Assembly (NCBI GenBank): GCA_902524385.1 | Contig: CABZCZ010000001.1 | Span: forward strand, 135,941 to 199,940 | Direction of reading: 5' to 3' | Source of the DNA: an uncultured Alphaproteobacteria bacterium | GTDB lineage: Bacteria > Pseudomonadota > Alphaproteobacteria > HIMB59 > GCA-002718135 | Length of the DNA stretch: 64,000 nt | Shown: positions 37,414 to 45,010 of the stretch, in pieces | How positions within the stretch are numbered: the first letter of the stretch is position 1 | Layout: every line of letters starts with the position of its first letter | Position numbers and translations under genes: made by a program | The notes under the pieces: generated by a model | Seen by the model: only the letters and a program-made list of their open reading frames with translations | The model's database searches: none | Told to the model about the DNA's origin: nothing

Positions 37414-38647
37414 TTTTTTATTAATTTTTTTTTCTGTAAGTGTATTAGCATCTTCTTTTTATTCTAAACTATTAAAAGAAGCAGCTTTAAAAAATAATTT
37501 TAAACAAATATCAGTTGTAAATAAAAAATTTGATAAAAAAAAATCTTCTTTAGGAAAGAAGTTTTTTCATGACACGATGTTAAGTTTTAATTCTGATATG
37601 TCTTGTGGCACTTGCCATCTAACTAAATTTAGTTCTGCAGATGGGTTACCAAATGCTGTTGGGGTAGGAGGAGAAGGTGAGGGAATTGATAGAATGTTTA
37701 GTGACGGTGAAATTGTTCCTAGGAATACTTTACCTCTATGGGGAAGGGGATCAAAAGATTTCAATACACTTTTTTGGGATGGTAAAATTACACAAGTTGA
37801 TGGCGAAATAATAAGTCAATTAGGCTTATTAACAAAAAATTATGCTTCAATGGATAATGAATATGAAATCATTCAGGATTTTTATCAAGATCCACTTATA
37901 TCAGCAGTTCACCTACCATTTGTAGAAATTAGAGAATTAGTTGCAGATGATGAAGAAGTAACAGAAGTTTTAAAAAAAGAAAGTATTGATACTGCTATGA
38001 ATGTTTTTTATGACTTAACTGAGAGAATAAAAAAAGATTCAGACTATACAAAAGAAATTAAAGAGATTTATAATTTAGAAGTCGATCAAATAGAGTTTTT
38101 TGTTGTTGCAGATGCTATTGCACATTTTATTAGAGATGAGTTTGCAATTAAAGAAACTATATTTTCTGATTTTGTATTTAATGACGGAAAATTAAATGAC
38201 GATGCAATAAGAGGAGGTTTGTTATTTTATGGAAAAGCTAAATGTAGTAGTTGCCATAGTGGAACTTTATTTTCAGATCTAGATTTTCATTCAATTCCAT
38301 ATCCTCAAGTCGGTTTTGGTAAAAATGGCTTTGGAGTAGACTATGGAAGATTTAATGTAACTTACGACCCTGACGATTTATATAAGTTTAGAACGCCTCC
38401 GTTGATAAATGTTGAGTTCACCAAGCCTTATTCACATTCCGGATCTGTTTTTGATTTAAAAGAAGCAATTAGATATCATTTTGATCCTCTGAAAAATTTG
38501 GATTTACAAAATATCTCAGATCTAGAAAGAGTTGAAATGTATAAAAAACTTAAAATATCAGGTCAAAATATTAATCAGATACCCTACTTAGATGAAAATG
38601 AATTAGATCAATTAGTTGAATTTTTAAAAACTTTAAGTTTTAAATAA
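37397..38647 (+). CDS. di-haem cytochrome c peroxidase / MauG-family protein
   Basis: 416 aa with a signal peptide. Two CxxCH motifs (CGTCH, CSSCH). Family signature FRTPPLINVEFTKPYSHSGSVFDLKEAIRYH. Confidence 0.85.
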   Translation: MKYFISFLLIFFSVSVLASSFYSKLLKEAALKNNFKQISVVNKKFDKKKSSLGKKFFHDTMLSFNSDMSCGTCHLTKFSSADGLPNAVGVGGEGEGIDRMFSDGEIVPRNTLPLWGRGSKDFNTLFWDGKITQVDGEIISQLGLLTKNYASMDNEYEIIQDFYQDPLISAVHLPFVEIRELVADDEEVTEVLKKESIDTAMNVFYDLTERIKKDSDYTKEIKEIYNLEVDQIEFFVVADAIAHFIRDEFAIKETIFSDFVFNDGKLNDDAIRGGLLFYGKAKCSSCHSGTLFSDLDFHSIPYPQVGFGKNGFGVDYGRFNVTYDPDDLYKFRTPPLINVEFTKPYSHSGSVFDLKEAIRYHFDPLKNLDLQNISDLERVEMYKKLKISGQNINQIPYLDENELDQLVEFLKTLSFK

Positions 38648-38654
38648 TATTTAA

Positions 38655-39422
38655 ATGAACTTATTGACTAAATTTAGTTTTTATACAATTCTGGTATTTC
38701 TAATTGTATTTAGTTTAAGTTATTTAAGTGGATTATATGAAACGGAAATAAAACCTCGTTTTAATGGTTATTCGAAAAATAATATTTCTTTTAAGAATAA
38801 AAATGAAATTAAAATCAATGGCAATAAAATTAATTCAGAAATAATAAGTTTTTTACATTATTACAACGAAAATTTAAAATTAGATTCATTAAAGGACAAT
38901 GTAAATTTAAAAAAGATAAACATAAAGTTTTTAGAATGTGAAACAAATAAGTATAAAAAAAATAAACAAGTTTCTAGTAATAAAAAAGATTTCAAATTCG
39001 ATCCAAATATTAAATCCAATTTTATATTTAATATAAATTGTTTACATAATCTTATTCAAAAAGGAGAAAAAACCCATATTATATATGATATCAATCAGTA
39101 TAATTGCTCATGGAGAGGTTACAAAAAAGTTTATCAAATTGATAATCACTATTTATTAGATATAACCGAAAAAGTATGTGGAACTTTACCATCTAGATTT
39201 CATAATTTTTATTTAGTCAAAATAGATAATAATGAAATTTATATTGTCGATTCAATATTATCAGGAAGATATCCAATAAATAGGTTAAATTATTTTAAAA
39301 TAATTAATAAAAAAATAAAAATTATTACCGATAATTGTAATGAGGGCTCTAAAAATTGTTTTGGTTTAAGGCCAGAATATTTTGAATTAAATTTTGAAGA
39401 AAACTTTAACAATAACTCTTAG
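38655..39422 (+). CDS. hypothetical anchored protein (last gene of the block)
   Basis: 255 aa with an N-terminal TM segment. Asn/Lys-rich. It starts 7 nt after the MauG-like gene. Confidence 0.45.
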   Translation: MNLLTKFSFYTILVFLIVFSLSYLSGLYETEIKPRFNGYSKNNISFKNKNEIKINGNKINSEIISFLHYYNENLKLDSLKDNVNLKKINIKFLECETNKYKKNKQVSSNKKDFKFDPNIKSNFIFNINCLHNLIQKGEKTHIIYDINQYNCSWRGYKKVYQIDNHYLLDITEKVCGTLPSRFHNFYLVKIDNNEIYIVDSILSGRYPINRLNYFKIINKKIKIITDNCNEGSKNCFGLRPEYFELNFEENFNNNS

Positions 39423-40059
39423 CTTTTTTTGCAGCATCTAGAACTTGTATCAATAAATTTCTTTTATCTAAAATTTGTTCTTTCTCAAAATTACTTTTAT
39501 TCCATAATCCTTCGTAAATAACATTATTTACTAAATAAACACCTTTGCCATGCCTTTCACCATCTTTGAAATTTCCATAATAATATTCATTTGGTGAAAA
39601 AAAATAAATACCTAAACCTTCTCTAAGACCATTTTTGTATAAGCCTAAATATCTATGAGAAGAATTTTCCCAAGATGTTAGTCCATATCCATGATTTTTA
39701 TTTAAATATATTTGCCCAATGTAATTACCATTAGAAAATTTCTGATTAACGCAAGCTAAACCATTTTCAGGAAGTATATTTTGTTTTTTTTCAGCAACTA
39801 ACGTCTTATTTTTATTTTTAATATATAGATTATATTCTGCTACTATAGTTTCTCTATCTCCATAACTACATTTTTTATTGTTTGTTTTATAAATTACTCC
39901 ATCATTTTTCTTACAATAATAATCTTTAATAATTGCTGCTTTAGTTTCAGTAATTTTGTAACTATTATTATTTGATAAATTATTTGATGTCGTTCCACCT
40001 AAACATCCATATAAAAATAAAAAGGACATAAGTATTAAACACTTATTTATATTTAACAT
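39406..40059 (-). CDS. MORN-repeat lipoprotein
   Basis: 217 aa. Lipobox-like LFLYGC. Repeats of the YxGxxxxGxxxGxG type (YIGQIYLNKNHGYG, YLGLYKNGLREGLG, YYGNFKDGERHGKG). Confidence 0.7.
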   Translation of the reverse strand: MLNINKCLILMSFLFLYGCLGGTTSNNLSNNNSYKITETKAAIIKDYYCKKNDGVIYKTNNKKCSYGDRETIVAEYNLYIKNKNKTLVAEKKQNILPENGLACVNQKFSNGNYIGQIYLNKNHGYGLTSWENSSHRYLGLYKNGLREGLGIYFFSPNEYYYGNFKDGERHGKGVYLVNNVIYEGLWNKSNFEKEQILDKRNLLIQVLDAAKKAKSYC

Positions 40060-40109
40060 TTTCTAGACATTCTAAATCATAGTTTTTTTTATTAAACAAA
40101 AATAAAGTA

Positions 40110-40565
40110 TTATAAAAATGAAATTTGATCAATGGGAGACATATGCCCATTTTCAATTTCATCTAATGTAGAATTCGCTTTTTCTATTAATTTTATAGCA
40201 TTATTTAGAGCCCACATTTGTTTTGTTGCTAAATTTTCGTCAAAAACCTTGTTGCCTAAGTCTATTTGATTTTGTTCTTCTTTAATTTTATTAATTATAT
40301 ATTCTGCAGCACTGATCGCATTAAAAGAGACATTAGTAAGTTTTGAAGCTTTTCCCATAAACTCTTTTCTCATCATTATTGTTTCTTTAAGATCAAGTCT
40401 TTCTCTTCTTTTTTTTAACCACCCTTCATTAGCCGCCTGTTTTCTAAGTGTAGACAATGAATAGTTGAATTCAGTAGCGATATCTTGAAGAGTAGGGTAC
40501 TCATTTCTATTTCCTTTTATATAATAATTACGTGCTTCAGTGTAATCAGGACGTTTTCTTGTCAT
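40110..40565 (-). CDS. phage-type HTH protein (terminase-small-subunit-like N-terminus)
   Basis: 151 aa. ...YYIKGNRNEYPTLQDIATEFNYSLSTLRKQAANEGWLKKRRE resembles the HTH of phage small-terminase/DNA-packaging proteins. Called by pattern only. Confidence 0.45.
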   Translation of the reverse strand: MTRKRPDYTEARNYYIKGNRNEYPTLQDIATEFNYSLSTLRKQAANEGWLKKRRERLDLKETIMMRKEFMGKASKLTNVSFNAISAAEYIINKIKEEQNQIDLGNKVFDENLATKQMWALNNAIKLIEKANSTLDEIENGHMSPIDQISFL

Positions 40566-40648
40566 AAAAACATTAATGCTAATGATTCTCTTTAAAGAAA
40601 GTTCTAGAAAAAAATATTTGTTTAAAAAAATTTAATAATGTGAATAAA

Positions 40649-41383
40649 TTAGTTTTTTTTATTACTTAAAAGTAAATTTTTAAATTCTTCAACAGCAACT
40701 GTTGCAGGTTTGTGAATGGCAAAATCAAATTGATTTTGATTACGTGATGGTTCTAAATTTAATTCAACAGTTGGCTTATTCATATCTTTGAACATTGTAA
40801 CAAATCCAGCGGCAGGGTAGACCTCTCCAGAGGTACCAATTGAAACAAACATGCTAGATTGCTCAGCTAAATCGTGAATTTCATCCATTTGCATGGGCAT
40901 TTCACCAAACCACACAATGTGAGGTCTCATTTGTGAACCGCATTCAGGGCATTTATGGGTCTCATTTAGGTCCACCAGCCACTCAAATACATGATTATCA
41001 TTCATCATACATCTAGCTTTATTTAACTCACCATGCATATGAATTATTGATGATGACCCGCCAATCTCATGCAAATTATCGATATTCTGTGTAACTATAT
41101 GAATTTTATATGTTTTTTCAAATTCATGAAGTAAAATATGGGCCCTATTTGGCTTAATTCCTGAATTTAGTTCTTTTCGACGTTTATTATAAAAATCATA
41201 GACAAGAGTAGGGTTTCTATAGAATCCTTCTGGACTGGCAACATCTTCAATCCTATGATTATTCCAAAGTCCATCTGAGTCTCTGAATGTTTCAATCCCA
41301 GACTCTTTGCTTATACCAGCACCCGTTAATATAAAGATCTGGGAATCAGCTGAAATCTGCGGTAATTGTTCCATTTGATACAC
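40649..41383 (-). CDS. cobB: NAD-dependent protein deacylase (Sir2/CobB family)
   Basis: 244 aa. Motifs GAGISKESGIETFRDSDGLW, QNIDNLHE, the CPECG zinc site, and a GTSG-type segment. Confidence 0.9.
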   Translation of the reverse strand: MYQMEQLPQISADSQIFILTGAGISKESGIETFRDSDGLWNNHRIEDVASPEGFYRNPTLVYDFYNKRRKELNSGIKPNRAHILLHEFEKTYKIHIVTQNIDNLHEIGGSSSIIHMHGELNKARCMMNDNHVFEWLVDLNETHKCPECGSQMRPHIVWFGEMPMQMDEIHDLAEQSSMFVSIGTSGEVYPAAGFVTMFKDMNKPTVELNLEPSRNQNQFDFAIHKPATVAVEEFKNLLLSNKKN

Positions 41384-41503
41384 TATATACAGTATTTTAT
41401 TACACGTGAAAATCTATATCTAGTTTGTAATTTTAGAAATAGATTTAGATAATATATATAAATTATTGAAATATATACTTAATATTTATTGCTTGACTAT
41501 TAT

Positions 41504-41527
41504 TTACGATAACTGTAATTATCGTAA
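41504..41527. promoter_or_regulatory. 9-6-9 inverted repeat TTACGATAA-ctgtaa-TTATCGTAA (lox/dif-like site or operator)
   Basis: A perfect 9-bp inverted repeat with an asymmetric 6-bp spacer. It lies 9 nt upstream of the recombinase ATG and just downstream of TTGACT (41493-41498). Confidence 0.4.
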
Positions 41528-41535
41528 TATATATT

Positions 41536-42594
41536 ATGGTTAAAATATCACTTAATGATAAAGTAACAAAGCTAAAGGAAAAATCTAAGGCTAAGAACAC
41601 ACAAGATAAGTACCAAGGTGATTGGTTAAAATTTATAGATTACTGCAATGATAAATATAAATGTAGCCCATTAGATGTAGATGATATGGATAGCGCATAT
41701 GCATTAACTGCAAATTATATGGATTGGCTACATGAAGATCCAGAAGCTAAAATACTAAAAGGCACAAGCAATATTCCTGGAAGAGAAAAAGTAAATAACA
41801 ACCCCTACTCCTCAACTGCCTATAAAGCATCGACCATTCAAAGAATTCTTGCATCAATTACTTATAAATACAGAGTAAACGGATTTCAATTTGACAGAAA
41901 AAATCCAAATATATCAGAAACTATAAGCGCTATAGTTAGAGATGAAAAGAATAATCAATCTGGGCAAGCAAAAGAGTTATTAAAAAAAGATATTGAAAAA
42001 ATAATAGATAATATACCGACAGATAAAGATGATATTAGAAATATTAGAGATAAAGCTCTCATACTAGTAGGTTTTTATAGTTTTTGTAGAAGATCAGAAC
42101 TGCTTGGCATGAAATATGAACATTTAAACTTTGAAAAAGATGGAATTCAAGTTTTAATTCCCTTTTCAAAAACAGATCAAAAGGGTGAAGGCAGAATGAT
42201 ATATTTACCAAGAAATGATTCTACGTATTGTCCAGTTAAAGCACTTAAAAACTGGTTAGAAAGTGCTTTGATTGATACTGGCCCCCTCTTTTATAAGATT
42301 AACAAAGCAAATAATATTGAAAAATATATTCTCAATAATAAAAATCAAAAAGTAAGTTTAACAGATACAAGTTTTGTTATAATTTTAAAGAAGAGAGCCG
42401 AAGAAGCAGGGTTAAATAATTGCGATAAAATTTCTGGTCATAGTCTAAGGATTGGATCGATTACTCAAGCTAGGATGAATGGAGTTCCAACTCATGAAAT
42501 TATGGCTCAGAGCGGTCATAAAACAACACAGATGATTGATAGGTATACTAAGTTAACAAATATTAAAGAAACAAGTGCTGCAAAAAAATTATGA
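41536..42594 (+). CDS. tyrosine recombinase/integrase, Cre-like
   Basis: 352 aa. Catalytic pattern ...CRRSEL... (Arg), HSLRIGS (His-x-x-Arg), GHKTTQMIDRYT (His...Tyr). The overall layout resembles Cre (DIRN...; SGHS.R.G...). Confidence 0.9.
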   Translation: MVKISLNDKVTKLKEKSKAKNTQDKYQGDWLKFIDYCNDKYKCSPLDVDDMDSAYALTANYMDWLHEDPEAKILKGTSNIPGREKVNNNPYSSTAYKASTIQRILASITYKYRVNGFQFDRKNPNISETISAIVRDEKNNQSGQAKELLKKDIEKIIDNIPTDKDDIRNIRDKALILVGFYSFCRRSELLGMKYEHLNFEKDGIQVLIPFSKTDQKGEGRMIYLPRNDSTYCPVKALKNWLESALIDTGPLFYKINKANNIEKYILNNKNQKVSLTDTSFVIILKKRAEEAGLNNCDKISGHSLRIGSITQARMNGVPTHEIMAQSGHKTTQMIDRYTKLTNIKETSAAKKL

Positions 42595-42601
42595 ATATTA
42601 T

Positions 42602-43024
42602 TTAATAAAATGCAATAGCTGCAGCTGTTAAAACAATTATTAAAAGCCCTCTTCCACTCATGGTTGATATTTTCATTATTTTTTTATTAGGAGGTAATTT
42701 TTTTTTTGAAGAATTGTATACATGAAAATTGGTAAATATTGAAAAGCCTAGAAGAAAACCAGCAGCAATTAATTTAACAGTAAATGCACTATTAATTATA
42801 AATCCATTGTATAAAATGATTGAAAGTAAAATGCCTGTAACCCAAAGTATAAGTAAAGATAGAAGCCCAATGTATCCTAATATTTTTAAAATTTTAGCAA
42901 CATGTATTTCAGGAATTTTATTTTCTTTGGTATAGACTGATTGAATTACTCCTCCACCTACTAAAACTCCACCTGAAAATACTATTGCAAGATAATGAAA
43001 TAATTTAAGTATTACTATTGTCAT
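42602..43024 (-). CDS. hypothetical 4-TM membrane protein
   Basis: 140 aa and hydrophobic throughout. Confidence 0.5.
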   Translation of the reverse strand: MTIVILKLFHYLAIVFSGGVLVGGGVIQSVYTKENKIPEIHVAKILKILGYIGLLSLLILWVTGILLSIILYNGFIINSAFTVKLIAAGFLLGFSIFTNFHVYNSSKKKLPPNKKIMKISTMSGRGLLIIVLTAAAIAFY

Positions 43025-43087
43025 TAAATTTTAATATTAATATATTTATCACATTTGATAAGATAAAAAAAAATATATACTTATTTT

Positions 43088-43483
43088 ATGAAAACTTTAA
43101 AAATTATTTTATTATCTTTTATTTTCACCATTAGCATTAATGGATATGCCAAAGTTGGAGACACTTATGATTGTTCTGTCAATAATCACATAAGACACTA
43201 TTATAGCAGTTACACTAAACAAGGAAGTGGACCAGAAGATAGGTATAAATTTGATTTTTCTTTTTTGAGAGGTGATGAGAACTTAAAATTTCTTCCAGGA
43301 GAAGGAGCAAATTATTTTTCATCAATTGCATACAATTATTCTGAAAATTTTGAAAAAGAACGTTTTAAAGCATCTTCCATGAGTGATGGTCATTTAGCTT
43401 ATGATCAAGGAATGTTTACATTTGTTTTTAATGATTATGAGTATACAGTTATGTTAATAGCAAAATGTGAGGTTAATAAATGA
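43088..43483 (+). CDS. secreted hypothetical protein
   Basis: 131 aa. Signal peptide MKTLKIILLSFIFTISINGYA. Confidence 0.45.
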   Translation: MKTLKIILLSFIFTISINGYAKVGDTYDCSVNNHIRHYYSSYTKQGSGPEDRYKFDFSFLRGDENLKFLPGEGANYFSSIAYNYSENFEKERFKASSMSDGHLAYDQGMFTFVFNDYEYTVMLIAKCEVNK

Positions 43484-44019
43484 AAATAAAAAAAGGAGAT
43501 AAATTAGATGAGATTACACTACCAAAACATGATGGTAATGAATTTAATTTATCAGAAACTAAAGGAAAAAAAGTTTTATTGACTTTTTATAGAGTCGCTG
43601 GATGCACTTTTTGTAATTTAAGACTTCTTGAGTTTAATAAAAGATATAACGAATTTGGTCCAAATTTTACCCATGTAGGAATTTTTCATTCAAATGTTAA
43701 TCTTTTAAGATCAAATATGAAGAAGCACGGCCCTATCCCATTTACTGTTTTGGCTGATGAAAAATTTAAATATTTTGAAAAATATTCAATAGAGCGTAGT
43801 TGGTTTAAATTATTTTTAGCAAGTATTTATAAAACATTTGCAATCTTTCCGGCCTTAATAAGAGGTTTTATGCCTATTCCTCTTGGAGGATATTTTAATA
43901 CTGCAGTAACAGATATAATGATTAATGAAGAAGGTATAGTGGAAGAAGTTTTGTATGCAAAAAAACATGCTGCTGATCATTTTGCATTTAATAAAGTAAA
44001 GGAATTTTCATTAAGTTGA
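43480..44019 (+). CDS. AhpC/TSA-redoxin-family protein
   Basis: 179 aa. The stretch KKVLLTFYRVAGCTFCNLRL carries a thioredoxin-fold CxxC. ATGA junction with the upstream gene. Confidence 0.65.
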   Translation: MKIKKGDKLDEITLPKHDGNEFNLSETKGKKVLLTFYRVAGCTFCNLRLLEFNKRYNEFGPNFTHVGIFHSNVNLLRSNMKKHGPIPFTVLADEKFKYFEKYSIERSWFKLFLASIYKTFAIFPALIRGFMPIPLGGYFNTAVTDIMINEEGIVEEVLYAKKHAADHFAFNKVKEFSLS

Positions 44020-44020
44020 T

Positions 44021-44048
44021 AAAAGCTGGGAATTCAATCCCAGCTTTT
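44021..44048. terminator. bidirectional rho-independent terminator
   Basis: AAAAGCTGGGA-attcaa-TCCCAGCTTTT lies between convergent genes. Confidence 0.8.
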
Positions 44049-44050
44049 AG

Positions 44051-44461
44051 TTACATGTAAATTATATCTGACATATTATATAAAAGATATACTGCTATAA
44101 ATAAAAATACATGCCCTATTACTTCATCAGCAACATCACTTTTTGCATCAGGGTCTATAAATTTTAATCTTTGGGCCCAACTTAAAATAACTTGAGCAAA
44201 AGAAAGTAAAAATCCGTTTACAAAAAATATCCAGCAAGATTGAGGTCCGTTTTCTCTAAATAATATCCAAATTCCAATTATTACAATTGGCACAATAAAT
44301 GTTCCTATAATTCTAACAATTGGCAAAGCCTTTTCACCTAAATCATATCTTGTAACAAGTGAATTTGGTGAAAATACAGTTAGGAAACCATAGTAAGATA
44401 TTCCTAATAAATTAATTAAAAATAAAATTAGATTTAAAGTACCTCCAAAATTTTCAACCAT
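44051..44461 (-). CDS. 4-TM membrane protein, paralogue family (copy 2)
   Basis: 136 aa. MVENFGG..., ILFRENGPQSCW, and a C-terminal ...IIYM. Confidence 0.6.
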   Translation of the reverse strand: MVENFGGTLNLILFLINLLGISYYGFLTVFSPNSLVTRYDLGEKALPIVRIIGTFIVPIVIIGIWILFRENGPQSCWIFFVNGFLLSFAQVILSWAQRLKFIDPDAKSDVADEVIGHVFLFIAVYLLYNMSDIIYM

Positions 44462-44481
44462 AATAACTCCTTATAAAATTA

Positions 44482-44898
44482 TTATAGATAAATTTTATCA
44501 AATAAACCATAAATTATAATTAAGTTTAATACTAGAACTACTGCAGATACAATTGGCTGCTCTATTGTCGAATTAACCTTATCTCTTCCAAAAAGAAAAG
44601 CTATTTTAAAATGAAAACAAAAATTGTACACAGTTGCCATTGCAAAGACAATAACATTAATTATAAAAAAAGGCCAAGTACCTTCGGGTCCAGTAAATAA
44701 AATATAAAGACCAACAAAGAAAAAAGCAGTAACCCAAAAAATTCCAAAATTGGCAGCTGGTGCAGCACTTGAGTCAGTGTTATATTTTGCAAATTCTTTT
44801 TCTTTATTAAATAGAAATGTAAACGAGTAATAACCTGCTAATGCAATGTTAATTATGTATAAAATCAAATAAAAAATTCCATTAAAACTTTCAACCAT
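44482..44898 (-). CDS. 4-TM membrane protein, paralogue family (copy 3)
   Basis: 138 aa. MVESFNG..., ILFTGPEGTWPF, ...IIYGLFDKIYL. It is the closest paralogue to 28589-29005. Confidence 0.6.
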   Translation of the reverse strand: MVESFNGIFYLILYIINIALAGYYSFTFLFNKEKEFAKYNTDSSAAPAANFGIFWVTAFFFVGLYILFTGPEGTWPFFIINVIVFAMATVYNFCFHFKIAFLFGRDKVNSTIEQPIVSAVVLVLNLIIIYGLFDKIYL

Positions 44899-45010
44899 AA
44901 AAGCCTCCTATAAAAGTTATTGTATATTTATATATTTGTTTTTTAAGATTCTGTGACAATAGTTACCATATTTGGCTGGTATTTTAAAAAAAATTTAGTT
45001 AAAAAAAAAT

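Larger units (their letters stand above)
40110..42594. mobile_element. putative remnant or edge of an integrative element (HTH protein plus recombinase module)
   Basis: A recombinase gene with an adjacent palindromic site and a phage-type HTH gene sits at the right edge of the lowest-G+C segment. No flanking direct repeats or tRNA target were identified by eye. Confidence 0.35.

Noticed and set aside
40649-41383. Sir2-family gene next to a recombinase, considered as a defence-associated SIR2 NADase.
   Set aside because: It is a short single-domain protein with the canonical CobB motifs (GAGIS.ESGI.TFR, QNID.LH, Zn site). No partner effector or sensor gene is adjacent. A housekeeping deacylase is the simpler call.
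41410-41446. Inverted repeat AAATCTAT...ATAGATTT upstream of the recombinase, considered as possible arm-type sites.
   Set aside because: It is an 8-bp AT-only repeat with a 21-nt spacer in a low-complexity spacer. It cannot be distinguished from chance without binding or conservation data.
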